From: an uncultured Acidobacteriota bacterium
GTDB taxonomy: Bacteria; Acidobacteriota; Terriglobia; Acidiferrales; UBA7541
Length of the DNA stretch: 64,000 nucleotides
Reading direction: 5' to 3'
Assembly: GCA_963720225.1 (NCBI GenBank)
Contig: CAVREY010000006.1
Coordinates: forward strand, 287,189-351,188
Shown: one piece after another, positions 31,785-41,332 of the stretch
How the letters are laid out: each line of letters opens with the position of its first letter
Numbering within the stretch: the first letter of the stretch is position 1
Made by a program: the position numbers and the translations under genes
The notes under the pieces: model-generated
The model's database searches: none
Told to the model about the DNA's origin: nothing
The model's input: the letters and a program-made list of their open reading frames with translations, nothing else

Positions 31785-33449
31785 TTAGTGATACAGCTCG
31801 GCACTCGCCAGGCCGCTAAAAATTCCGCCGCCTGCTACCAGTACCTTGCCGTTTGAGAGCAGCGTTGCCGTGTGACCGGAGCGGCCGACTTCCATGCCAC
31901 CGGTGGTGTTGAAAGTGCCGGACGCCGGATCGAAGACCTCCGCTGTGGAATTGTCATTGCCGCCGCCTGCCACCAACACTTGTCCGTTGTTGAGCAACGT
32001 CGCGGTGTGCAGGCTTCGGGCCACGGCCATGGGCTGTGTGGCGGTAAACGTTCCAGTCGACGGATCGTAAATTTCCGCGGTTGCGGTGGGCTGCGGATTC
32101 CCCCCGCCCGAGGAGATTGATCCTCCCGCGATCAACACTCGTCCGTCATCAAGCAGCGTTGCCGTATGTTGTTCGCGAGCCGTCCGCAACGAGCCGGTTA
32201 TCGTGAAGGCGCCGGTAGACGGGTCGTAGAGCTCCGCGGTGTTGAGCGGAGCTGCTGTATTTGACACCGCGCCTCCGACGATCAGCACCTTGCCGTCTTT
32301 CAGTAGCGTGGCCGTTTGCATAAATCGCGCATCCGTCATGGTTCCCGTCGGCGTGAAGGTGCCGGAAGCCGGATCGTACAGTTCGGCGCTGGCGAGGCCC
32401 GGCCCGGTTACGTCCATACTGGACCCGCCTGCAATCAGAACTTGGCCGTTCGGGAGCAAAGTCGCTGTGTGGTCCCCGCGCAGGGCCGTCATATTGCCCG
32501 TCCCGCTGAATTGACCCGTGGCCGAGTCGTAGAGACCTGCCCCGTTGTCTGCGAGACTTCCGCCGTAATCCCAAACCGAGTTGAGAAAGCCGCCGGCTAG
32601 CAGAACCGTTCCGTTTGGCAAAAGTGTCGCGGAGTGACCGAATATCCCTGCGCCACTATCCTGCTCGATCTCAGTAAATTTGCCCGTGCCAGGGTCGTAC
32701 ACTTCCACCGAAGTGAGGCCTACGTATCCGGTTGCTTCCTCGTACGAGTTGCTGTTTGACCCAAACGCCACGAGCACCGTGTTATCCGGCAGTAAGGTGG
32801 CGGTGTGCAGGCCGCGCGCCTCTTGTAAATTTCCGGTAGGCGTAAATCCGCTCGTGGAGGTGGTCACGGTAATTGTTGCACTGGCCGTGACACCAGACTC
32901 CTCGCTACTGCTGGCGACGACGTGGAAGATCCCAGCTAATTTCGGCGCAGTATAAAGTCCGGCGCTGCTGATCAATCCGCCGTTGCTTTCCTGAATTGCG
33001 TAACTCACGTCCGTGTCGGTCAGCATCGTGAGAGTGGCCGCGAACGACTTCGTCGCGCCCGGTTGCAGAGTTGCCACCGGAGGATCGAGGCTAATCTGGG
33101 GCTCGGGAACAGTCACTGCCGCGACGCCTGACGCGGAACCGGTCTGGTTCGTGGCTACGACGTGAAAAGTGCCGGACGCATTTTGCGGAGGCGTGTAGAC
33201 GCCGGCGCTGTCGATCGTTCCGGCCGCCGTCGCCTCGAGTATGCCCCAGGTGACAGCGGTGTTGGTAGTGCCGGTGACGTTGGCCGTAAAAGTCTGCGTG
33301 GCGTCGCGCAATACCGTAACGGGATTCGGACTCACGTGAACGGTTACCGTCGGCGGCAGGGGAGGCGGTACGGTGACGGAAGCCCCGCCGCAAGCACTGA
33401 GGAGGCCTAGCACACTGAGAAAAAGTGCGGCTGATAGAGAGCATCTCAT
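31785..33449 (-). CDS. lipoprotein with Ig-like (BIG2-type) domains and Kelch/galactose-oxidase-like beta-propeller
   Basis: Start moved to ATG 33449, with GAGGG upstream. Lipobox LLSACGG. Two or three Ig-like segments, then about seven repeats of H(T/S)ATLL.(D/N)G.VL(I/V)AGG. Confidence 0.85.
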   Translation of the reverse strand: MRCSLSAALFLSVLGLLSACGGASVTVPPPLPPTVTVHVSPNPVTVLRDATQTFTANVTGTTNTAVTWGILEATAAGTIDSAGVYTPPQNASGTFHVVATNQTGSASGVAAVTVPEPQISLDPPVATLQPGATKSFAATLTMLTDTDVSYAIQESNGGLISSAGLYTAPKLAGIFHVVASSSEESGVTASATITVTTSTSGFTPTGNLQEARGLHTATLLPDNTVLVAFGSNSNSYEEATGYVGLTSVEVYDPGTGKFTEIEQDSGAGIFGHSATLLPNGTVLLAGGFLNSVWDYGGSLADNGAGLYDSATGQFSGTGNMTALRGDHTATLLPNGQVLIAGGSSMDVTGPGLASAELYDPASGTFTPTGTMTDARFMQTATLLKDGKVLIVGGAVSNTAAPLNTAELYDPSTGAFTITGSLRTAREQHTATLLDDGRVLIAGGSISSGGGNPQPTATAEIYDPSTGTFTATQPMAVARSLHTATLLNNGQVLVAGGGNDNSTAEVFDPASGTFNTTGGMEVGRSGHTATLLSNGKVLVAGGGIFSGLASAELYH

Positions 33450-33673
33450 GTTCCCTCGCAATGAGCGCGGTGGTCCCGGGCGCGCCCGCGGCTGCGTTGG
33501 GCGACATTGGTGCGAGGCGGGTTCAGGCGCAATGGTCGGTGCATGGTCTCTGGCTGACTTTTTTCTGACCGGACAGCCCTATGACTGCAAGAGGGTTAGA
33601 GGAGTGCAAATATTACATCGGCGACAAGTCGTTGGTGGTAGACTGGCGCCAATCAGTTCCCGGTAGGCCCCCC

Positions 33674-36061
33674 ATGGAATCTAGCGACCGAACCCGCCGG
33701 ATGCGATTTGGCACGTTTGATGTCGATCTGCGTTCGGGTGAAGTCCTCAAGCATGGCATCCGGCTGAAGATTCAGGGGCAGCCCTTCCAGGTACTCACGC
33801 TATTGTTAGAGCATCCGGGTGAGGTCGTCACCCGAGAGGAGTTTCGCCAGAAACTCTGGCCGGGCGACACCTTTGTCGACTTCGATACCGGCCTGAACAG
33901 CGCGGTCAAGAAGTTGCGCGAGGCGCTTGGAGATTCAGCCGAAGAACCCCGGTACATCGAGACTTTGCCGCGACGCGGATACAGGTTCGTTGCGCACGTC
34001 GAAATTGGATTTTCGGCGCCGGTCTCCGCTGCACCTGTTCCCACTAGGCCCGTCTCTAACGCACAGCCGACCGCAATGGATTCCCCTTTATCCGCAGCTT
34101 TCGGGCGCAGGAGCAAGTGGCGCGTATTGATTTCCGTTGGCGCCGTCGCGCTCATACTCGTTGCTGCGCTCGTTGCATGGCGGGTTTATTTCGCCCGCCC
34201 CGCGCTCACGAACACCGACGTAATCCTGGTCACGAACTTTGTTAACAAGACAGGCGAACCCATCTTCGACGGCACGCTCGACAAAGCGCTCGAAGTGAAA
34301 CTTGCCGAGTCACCTTTCCTGAGCGTATTTCCGGCGGGAGACGTTCGCACGGCCATGCAGATGATGCGGCGCGATCCCAACGAGCGAGTGACGCCCGAGC
34401 TGGGAATTGAAATCTGCAAACGGCAGGGACTGAAAGCCCTGGTGGTTCCGGAAATCGCGGCCATTGGAAACACTTACTTGATTTCCCTGGAAGCGATCGA
34501 TGCGCGCACCCAAAAGGTGATTGCGCGCCTGCAGGAGGTAGCCGAAAGCAAAGACAAGGTGATCGCCGCACTGGGGAAAGCTGGATCGCAACTGCGAAGG
34601 CAGTTGGGCGAGAGCCTGAGCTCTCTCGAAAAATACGACGCGCCGCTCGATCTTGCGACTACCAGTTCGCTGGAGGCGTTGCAAGCCTACCGGACGGGAC
34701 AAACGCTTTTTCGTTCTGGAAAACAGAGTGAAGCCATTCCGTATTTCGAACGGGCCGTCGAACTGGACCCGCAGTTCTGTGCTGCCTATTCCGTGCTCGG
34801 CACCACCTACTTCAGTGTCAGCAACGATCAGGCTGCCCGGAAGAATTTCGCGCGGGCCTACGAACTGAAGGACACTCGACTCACGCAGGAAGAAAATTTC
34901 CAAACCACCGCTCTCTACCACTCCTACATAACCGGCAATCTGGAAAAAGAGATCACGGTGCTCGTTCTATACCAGCAAGCCTATCCACGCAGCGCCTTTG
35001 CCGCCAACCGGCTGGGAGTCGCTTACGGGACGATCGGCCAAACCGACAAGGCCTTGCAACAGTTCAACCGCGCAATCGAACTTTCTCCCGTGCCTTCCGC
35101 CCAGTACTACTCCAATGCCAGCCAGACGCTGATGAATCTCGACCGGTTCGACGACGCCAAGGAATTGCTCGGTCGCTGGCAGAAGATAGGCTCGCTGAAT
35201 CCGTTCGAAAGAGATGTGCTCTACCGGATTGCCTTTTTTCAGAACGACACCGACGCGATGGCGCGGTATGCCAGCCAGACGCCGCCCGATGATATGCACT
35301 GGCGCCAATTACAAATGCAGTTTGCGTTTCTGCGCGGCGACATCAACGAGTTCCGTTCGCTGAGCGAAGGGCTCGTGAGCGAAAACCTCCGCGCGGGCGA
35401 AAAAGAAAACGCCGCCAACGAACTTGCCCTGCGCGCGCAACTGGAATCGCTCCTCGGAAATTATGACTTGGCTCAAAAATTGTGCCGGCACGCTTCCGAT
35501 CCCGGCAACGTCAGCTCCACCGAGCTCTGGCGTTGCGCCGAGGCCCTCGGGGAGGCCGGCGACTTTACCGGAGCGGAAACTTTGGCGGCAAAAATGGGCG
35601 GAATGGATCCGGAGGATACGATAGAGCAAAACGTGGAGCTGCCGGTGGTCCATTCAATCGTGGAGCGCCGGCGAGGAAATGGGATCAAGGCTGTAGGTGT
35701 GCTCGCGCAAGCCGAGCCATACGAATATTCGCTGGACGTTTTTTATCGAAGAGCGCAAGCGCACCTGGCTGCGCGAGACGCCGGCAACGCGATAGTCGAC
35801 TTTAAGCGCATCATATTCCATCGCGGATGGGGTTGGTGGCCCGTTTATTTTCCGCTCGCGCAACTCGGGGTCGCGCGCGCGTACGCCATGCAGGGAGACC
35901 GCGAGAGTAGCCGCAAAGCCTACGACGATTTCTTCACCACCTGGAAAAACGCGGATCCGAATATTCCGATTCTTCGTCAGGCCAAAGCGGAGTACACCAT
36001 CAAACCGTTGCCTCCGGTCGTCCTGCCGGCGTCAGCGCCGGATTCGGTGTCGAAAAGCTAG
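33674..36061 (+). CDS. CadC/ToxR-like membrane transcriptional regulator: OmpR/PhoB-type winged helix + TM + TolB_N-like module + TPR
   Basis: ATG at 33674. wHTH region ..LKIQGQPFQVLTLLLEHPGEVVTREEFRQKLWP..ETLPRRGYRF. TM segment VLISVGAVALILVAALVAW. ILVTNFVNKTGEPIFDG.. module followed by TPR repeats. Confidence 0.85.
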   Translation: MESSDRTRRMRFGTFDVDLRSGEVLKHGIRLKIQGQPFQVLTLLLEHPGEVVTREEFRQKLWPGDTFVDFDTGLNSAVKKLREALGDSAEEPRYIETLPRRGYRFVAHVEIGFSAPVSAAPVPTRPVSNAQPTAMDSPLSAAFGRRSKWRVLISVGAVALILVAALVAWRVYFARPALTNTDVILVTNFVNKTGEPIFDGTLDKALEVKLAESPFLSVFPAGDVRTAMQMMRRDPNERVTPELGIEICKRQGLKALVVPEIAAIGNTYLISLEAIDARTQKVIARLQEVAESKDKVIAALGKAGSQLRRQLGESLSSLEKYDAPLDLATTSSLEALQAYRTGQTLFRSGKQSEAIPYFERAVELDPQFCAAYSVLGTTYFSVSNDQAARKNFARAYELKDTRLTQEENFQTTALYHSYITGNLEKEITVLVLYQQAYPRSAFAANRLGVAYGTIGQTDKALQQFNRAIELSPVPSAQYYSNASQTLMNLDRFDDAKELLGRWQKIGSLNPFERDVLYRIAFFQNDTDAMARYASQTPPDDMHWRQLQMQFAFLRGDINEFRSLSEGLVSENLRAGEKENAANELALRAQLESLLGNYDLAQKLCRHASDPGNVSSTELWRCAEALGEAGDFTGAETLAAKMGGMDPEDTIEQNVELPVVHSIVERRRGNGIKAVGVLAQAEPYEYSLDVFYRRAQAHLAARDAGNAIVDFKRIIFHRGWGWWPVYFPLAQLGVARAYAMQGDRESSRKAYDDFFTTWKNADPNIPILRQAKAEYTIKPLPPVVLPASAPDSVSKS

Positions 36062-36126
36062 CTCACAATTTCGTACGCTTGGTCCTGTCGTACGCTCGGT
36101 ATTGGTCGACTCGCTTTGGCCGCGGC

Positions 36127-37218
36127 CTATTTTGGTTTCCTGTGTTTATAGATTTCGCGGACGTCGGTCATGAGGCGCTTCACGCGCTTCTTCTCTTCGG
36201 CGCGGGATTCGGGATCGACTTTGCGGCGCAAAAATTCCTGCTCGCGGAGAAGCTTGCGCCGATTTTCGAGGCGTGCGGCGTCGAGCGATCCGTCCGCCAC
36301 AGCCGCGCGTACCGCGCAACCCGGTTCCGTTTCGTGAGCGCAATCGCTGAACCGGCAGCGCGTGGCCAATGATTCAATGTCGCCGAACGCTTGCGCAAGG
36401 CCTTCGTCCGCACCCCACAGATGCAATTCGCGAAGACCGGGCGTATCGATCAGCAGCGCGCCGCAGGGCAACGCGAAGAGTTCGCGCGTGGTGGTGGTGT
36501 GGCGGCCGCGACAGTCGCCGGCGCGCACTTCGTTTGTTGCTTGCACGGATTGGCCGAGCAGGCGATTCGTGAGCGTCGATTTTCCCACGCCGGAAGAGCC
36601 AAGCATCACGAGCGTCTGCCCCGGCTTCAGCAGCGGCTCGATTTCCGTCAGCCCGTCGCCGGTTTTTCCACTCACCACAAACACAGCCGCACCCAACGCC
36701 ACGCGTTCCATCTCCGCGGCTCGTGCGCGCGCGTCCTCGCACGCGTCGGCTTTATTCAGCAGCAGCACCGGCCGGACGCCGGATTCCCAGCACTGCGCGA
36801 TGTAGCGTTCGGCGCGGCGCGGATTGAAATCGCCATCCAGAGCGGACACCACCAGCGCCGTGTCCACGTTCGCGGCGATCACTTGCTCTTCGATCTTCTT
36901 TCCGGGCGCTTTGCGTGTGAAGCGGTTCTGCCGCGGCAACACCGCGCGCGCCACGACCAGGTCGCCCGACGGCTGCAACTCCACGACAAGCCAGTCGCCC
37001 ACGGACGGCCAGTCCGCGCCTTCTTCGTCCGCGGCTCGGCGCAGTTTACCGCTCGGCTCCGCCACACACTCGCCAAACTCGCCCGCGATCCGCCAGCCGT
37101 TTCGTTGCTTCGCGATCACGCGCGCGGGCAGGTCGCCTTCGCGCTCCCCATCTTTCGACATCGTGTCGTTCCACATCGCTTCGAAATACGAATTCCATCC
37201 CCATCGAGAAAGTGACAC
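36127..37218 (-). CDS. rsgA: ribosome small-subunit-dependent GTPase A
   Basis: GTG at 37218 with GGAGG upstream. Motifs GSSGVGKSTLTNRLLG and the Zn-knuckle CRFSDCAHETEPGCAV. Confidence 0.9.
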   Translation of the reverse strand: MSLSRWGWNSYFEAMWNDTMSKDGEREGDLPARVIAKQRNGWRIAGEFGECVAEPSGKLRRAADEEGADWPSVGDWLVVELQPSGDLVVARAVLPRQNRFTRKAPGKKIEEQVIAANVDTALVVSALDGDFNPRRAERYIAQCWESGVRPVLLLNKADACEDARARAAEMERVALGAAVFVVSGKTGDGLTEIEPLLKPGQTLVMLGSSGVGKSTLTNRLLGQSVQATNEVRAGDCRGRHTTTTRELFALPCGALLIDTPGLRELHLWGADEGLAQAFGDIESLATRCRFSDCAHETEPGCAVRAAVADGSLDAARLENRRKLLREQEFLRRKVDPESRAEEKKRVKRLMTDVREIYKHRKPK

Positions 37219-37508
37219 TCGCGTATCCTCCGCAGCCGCTATAAAGCGGACGGCTGCTGTTAGCGCTGGTCGATTACCGCTCTAATTTTTCGCAGAGGGA
37301 AATTCGGGAGGGGATGGCTCGGTCAGTTCGCGACCATCGCTACGGGGAAATCAGATCGCGTCAAACCCGGAGGCACACCCGCCCGCGAGAACTTCGACAT
37401 CGGTTTGCACAGGCGCCTCCAGAGTTGAGATCGACCACCACGCGAGTCGCGCGACGGAACGTTGTGAGTTTACTACAAGAGATAGCTGCGAATGGAGCGT
37501 GAAAATGA

Positions 37509-37655
37509 TCAAGAGACGACTGTACGTTTGAAGATCACGAACGGAGTCAGCAGGGGGATCAGCACGGGCACGATCGCGCACCACAACCTCGGGTTCGAGC
37601 TAAGGAAGAGGACGGCAACGTCGAGCGCGACCACCAAAGAGATGAGCACCGCCAT
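37509..37655 (-). CDS. candidate small hydrophobic protein
   Basis: MAVLISLVVALDVAVLFLSS..IVPVLIPLLTPFVIF. Weak ribosome-binding site. Tentative. Confidence 0.25.
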   Translation of the reverse strand: MAVLISLVVALDVAVLFLSSNPRLWCAIVPVLIPLLTPFVIFKRTVVS

Positions 37656-37749
37656 TCTTTTCGCGCATGTCGGAACTGGTCGCATTTGCAGTGACATGTT
37701 TCCTCAATCGCCTCGCGAAATATTACGCACTGCCGCGCCGCGGCCGCAG

Positions 37750-37965
37750 TTATTTCGACGCCGCTGAGCGTGCCGGCTTCTGCCTCTGCTGCGATGCTAC
37801 GAACAGCAGCACGCCGGCAATAAATCCGAGCGCGCCCGCCGCGCCAAACGTCCGGCTGTGGTTCGTGAACGCGAGCCTCAGATCGATCGCCGTCGCCACC
37901 AAAAACAAAATGCCGGCGATGAAGAGGCCCCGGGACCTGTGAGCGGCGGCGAACGCGTCTGCCAT
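37750..37965 (-). CDS. candidate small two-TM protein
   Basis: 71 codons with hydrophobic segments LFIAGILFLVATAI and ALGFIAGVLLFVA. No clear Shine-Dalgarno. Tentative. Confidence 0.3.
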   Translation of the reverse strand: MADAFAAAHRSRGLFIAGILFLVATAIDLRLAFTNHSRTFGAAGALGFIAGVLLFVASQQRQKPARSAASK

Positions 37966-38149
37966 GGCCGGAGTTTACACCGACCGCCGCTAGGTCGGAC
38001 TTGATTTCGTCGGCAGCGCGTCCGCGTCCGCATTCCGGCCCTGTTAGTTTTGCCAATGGCAGGCAATCAGCGCTCGGAGTAAATACTCCGAAATCATCCA
38101 CGGGGTTGCTAGGTTCAGGCGCGGTTGAACGAATTGAAGGAGGAATGAA

Positions 38150-38764
38150 ATGTCACAGGACGGGGCGCGAATTTCGAAACTGGGGAAGGCTGCCATCGGA
38201 GGATTGCTGCTGGTCGCGTTCCTCACCATCGGCATCAAGAGCGCACATTCAAGAGAGAAATACGAAACCATTGAAGCGACGGCCCAAGGCACCGGCACGC
38301 AGCTCGGCCAGATGATCGGCGTATCGCTGAACATCTACGAATTCTCGACGCCGGCCGATCGGCAAATCCTGGTCGACGCGTTTCAGAAGGGCCAGAACCA
38401 GGGACTGGTGAACGCGCTGAGCAAGATGCGAGCGGTGGGCCACGTGGAAATCACTGGAACGCTCGGCAACGACTGCTCGTACATAAAAATGTTCCAGACG
38501 CCCACGGGCCGCAAGATTGTATTCGTCACCAGCCGCCAGATTCGTTTCGCCGAAGCCTGGGAGCAGAGCGAGTCGATGTCCTACGATTTGACGGCCGGCG
38601 TGATCGAGCTCAACGATCAGGATAAAAGCCAAAGCACGGGAGTGCTGTATCCTGCCGCCGAGTTGACCGTCGACAAGACCGGCCAGCTTCAGTGGGACCT
38701 CAATCGCAATCCCTGGAAACTCGTCGACGTGATCGACTGGAAGGGAACCTCGGGAGTGAATTAG
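38150..38764 (+). CDS. hypothetical exported/membrane-anchored protein
   Basis: Strong GAAGGAGGA Shine-Dalgarno. Signal-anchor AAIGGLLLVAFLTIGI. No family recognised. Confidence 0.65.
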   Translation: MSQDGARISKLGKAAIGGLLLVAFLTIGIKSAHSREKYETIEATAQGTGTQLGQMIGVSLNIYEFSTPADRQILVDAFQKGQNQGLVNALSKMRAVGHVEITGTLGNDCSYIKMFQTPTGRKIVFVTSRQIRFAEAWEQSESMSYDLTAGVIELNDQDKSQSTGVLYPAAELTVDKTGQLQWDLNRNPWKLVDVIDWKGTSGVN

Positions 38765-38800
38765 CGCGGTACTCTCACAAGAGCGAATTTTGTTCCTGAG

Positions 38801-39196
38801 CTAACCGTGCTGGCTAAATTCTGGCGATCGAACACCCAGGATCGCGAAAGCGTCGCGCTCGGTCCGAACTACGTGCAGATTTGGGCGCGTCTCGGCGCCT
38901 TGCAGCTCAAACATCCGCGCCATGCCGAACATCTGAGCCGATCCGGCGACGATCACTCGTGGAACATCCGGATCTGGAATCGCGGGTGGCAGGGCAGCCA
39001 GCTCTCGGATCGTGTTAGACGTGACGTTGAGCGCGGTTACCCCTGACATATCCAATAGCCCGCGAAAAGTCGGCCGTGCCGCGCCGTGCGCTGCGATCTC
39101 CCGGTAGTGTTCTCGCAAACTGTCGTCCGTAACGACGCCGTCCACGCGGCATCGTATAATTTTGTTATCGAAATCGAAATCGAAGTGAGAGGGCAT
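38801..39196 (-). CDS. SpoIIAA/STAS-like fold hypothetical protein
   Basis: 131 aa with ATG at 39196. Pattern ..GLLDMSGVTALNVTSNTIRELA.. as in STAS-like domains of unknown function. Confidence 0.55.
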   Translation of the reverse strand: MPSHFDFDFDNKIIRCRVDGVVTDDSLREHYREIAAHGAARPTFRGLLDMSGVTALNVTSNTIRELAALPPAIPDPDVPRVIVAGSAQMFGMARMFELQGAETRPNLHVVRTERDAFAILGVRSPEFSQHG

Positions 39197-39458
39197 GGTT
39201 TTTTTCAGTTACGGACTGCGAGAGTGTTTGGGCTGGACGTCTATCTTACTGTTCATTCGCATCTACGAAAGACAATTCTGAATCCGGGACATTAATTCGG
39301 GCTGCCCCGGCGGCCCGCGGTTCCGCGAATGAGACCGACCGACGGCGCCGCGGCTGGGCCGCGTTGGGAGCGCGTAGTAGAATCGGGCGCATCAGAGTGG
39401 AGTAGGCGCTCGGCGCGTGCAGCAGAAACGCGCGGCGCGGAACCGGAGCACGAGACGA

Positions 39459-39833
39459 ATGGACAGCGAATCGAAGCCTCTCGCGGTGGGCGACAAAGTC
39501 TATGTGACGAAGTGGGCCGTGCGCGGCGAAGTGGTGGCGCCGCGTCCGGGCGAATCTGTGGAAGCGGGCTCGTATTGCGTCGTCGCTCGCGGCTGCTTCA
39601 CCCGCGACGACCTGGAGTTCGATGCCACCGAAGCCGAAATCGAAAAGCGCCAGCTCCGCATCATTCAAAAAACCGCGATCGTGCGCGGCATCCATCAAAC
39701 TGTGCAGAACGTGATTGCAAGCAAAGTCACGCCGGACATCCAGCTGATCATCAAATACGCCGAAGCGCTCGACGATTTGCGCAACGAGCTGGGTGAAGCG
39801 CCGCTGTTTGGAGATGCGGACTATTCGTCCTGA
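39459..39833 (+). CDS. hypothetical protein
   Basis: 124 codons from ATG 39459. Balanced, protein-like composition. No family recognised. Confidence 0.5.
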   Translation: MDSESKPLAVGDKVYVTKWAVRGEVVAPRPGESVEAGSYCVVARGCFTRDDLEFDATEAEIEKRQLRIIQKTAIVRGIHQTVQNVIASKVTPDIQLIIKYAEALDDLRNELGEAPLFGDADYSS

Positions 39834-39981
39834 GCCGGCTAGCGCCGTTTCGTGCCCGGAATTTCTCGCCATTCCCCCGTATCGCCACCTGTTACTTTGA
39901 ACAGTTTGCGTGTTGGTTGCACGATGCTATGTTTCGCCATCGCAGTCCAAACGCGTTCGAGTTTCGGAATGGAGGCGCACA

Positions 39982-40356
39982 GTGAAAACAACTCTTGTCG
40001 TCAAGATCGCGGCGCTATTGGAAATAGTGGTGGGCGCGGCGCTCATTGCCGCTCCCAATTTTGTGTCCGGACTTCTATTCGGCTCGGCACTGGACGGAGC
40101 GGGCGTAGTGCTCGGGCGCTTTGCCGGGATTGCGCTGTTTTCGCTGGGCATCGGCGGCATCAGTGGAGACAGTGCAGGCGCACGCAACCCCGTCGCGCTG
40201 AGCCTGCTGATTTTTAACGCGGGCGCCGCGATCTTCCTCGTGTGGGTCGGTGTGGCCACTCCGTTTCGCGGTGTGCTGCTGTGGCCGGCTGCCATTTTGC
40301 ACGCGGCGCTCACGTGCGGCCTGCTGTGGACCAGGCTTCGCACCGCGCCCCGGTAG
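39982..40356 (+). CDS. small integral membrane protein
   Basis: GTG at 39982 with GGAGG 6 nt upstream. Four hydrophobic helices. Confidence 0.6.
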   Translation: MKTTLVVKIAALLEIVVGAALIAAPNFVSGLLFGSALDGAGVVLGRFAGIALFSLGIGGISGDSAGARNPVALSLLIFNAGAAIFLVWVGVATPFRGVLLWPAAILHAALTCGLLWTRLRTAPR

Positions 40357-40390
40357 GGAGTCGCAGCGGACGGAACTCAATTGCGCAAAG

Positions 40391-40597
40391 CTATTCGTGC
40401 GGCTTCTTTGCGGGTGCGAGGAGAATGTCTCCGAGCCAGTCGGTGACGTCGCTCGCGCCGTCGGGCGCGCCGCATGCCGGACACTTTCCCGTTCCCATGC
40501 ACACTACGCATTTCGCGAGCATCGTGTGACCGGTGCCTCCGCACGCGTCGCAAAGTCCGGTGCCGTGGCACCGGTGGCATTTCGAACTTCCCGGCAT
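40391..40597 (-). CDS. 68-aa Cys-rich protein with four DnaJ-type CxxCxGxG repeats
   Basis: CHRCHGTG, CDACGGTG, CVVCMGTG, CPACG. ATG at 40597. Confidence 0.55.
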   Translation of the reverse strand: MPGSSKCHRCHGTGLCDACGGTGHTMLAKCVVCMGTGKCPACGAPDGASDVTDWLGDILLAPAKKPHE

Positions 40598-40653
40598 CGT
40601 TTCAACCTGCGCACATTATATATACGTTGGCGCGCTGCCGTTCGTTTGCGCGG

Positions 40654-41025
40654 TCAGCTGCGCGGACGCGCGCGGAAATATTGCGAGGTGGGCGCGACGA
40701 GCAGCACGTATCCGATCACCACGAGCAGAACGATGTGCGGCAGCGCCTGCGCGAAAGAATTGAGCGCCGCGATCACCACGTGGAACGCAAGCCACGCCAG
40801 CACCAGCCAGCGCGCCCAGTTCGCGCCGCGCAGCAGGAAGATCCCGCCGAAGACGGCGAGCAGTTCGAGCAGCATAATCAGCGGCATCCAGCGATCGATC
40901 GAATCTTTTGCCAGGTGGTAGCCGAGCGCGGCTCCTCCCACCACGATGAACAGCCAGCCGACCACGTTGATTTCGTACGGGCATTTCACTCGCGGTGCTG
41001 CGGCGGCGGGGCGCGGGCTGTTCAT
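40654..41025 (-). CDS. small integral membrane protein
   Basis: 123 aa with four hydrophobic helices. ATG at 41025. Confidence 0.65.
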   Translation of the reverse strand: MNSPRPAAAAPRVKCPYEINVVGWLFIVVGGAALGYHLAKDSIDRWMPLIMLLELLAVFGGIFLLRGANWARWLVLAWLAFHVVIAALNSFAQALPHIVLLVVIGYVLLVAPTSQYFRARPRS

Positions 41026-41114
41026 CCAGCCATCCTAACGCCGGACGATTCGCGTTGCACGGATCGCGAGGTGTTAGCAGTTGCACAGTGCGTCGTCAGA
41101 CCGGCCGAAGAGTC

Positions 41115-41141
41115 CTACACAGACAATATGTCTATGCCACG
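41115..41141 (+). repeat. REP-like hairpin (family C)
   Basis: CTACACAGACA-ATA-TGTCTATGCCACG. Confidence 0.6.
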
Positions 41142-41242
41142 AACGGCTCCATAAGGGCGTCGTGTGGCACCTTCGGAGCGAAAAGCGTTGCCGTGGCGGT
41201 TCAAAAAAAGAAATTAAGCCTAGCTGCGAACCTTTCCACGAA

Positions 41243-41286
41243 TCACTGTAACGGCGGTGTGTGTGGCATAGGCTTCAGCCTGTGAG
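41243..41286 (-). repeat. REP-like hairpin repeat (family C), 44-nt copy downstream of phoD
   Basis: TCACTGTAACGGCGGTGTGTGTGGCATAGGCTTCAGCCTGTGAG. 40 of 44 positions are identical to 43511-43554 (counted by eye). Confidence 0.8.
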
Positions 41287-41332
41287 CGTTCAGTGCCTCG
41301 AAGCGATTTGCCCTGCGAATGCCGGCGTTGCG

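Noticed and set aside
37559-38101. 180-aa minus-strand ORF
   Set aside because: It is Arg/Ala-rich with no motifs. It overlaps the two more plausible small hydrophobic ORFs, which are themselves tentative.
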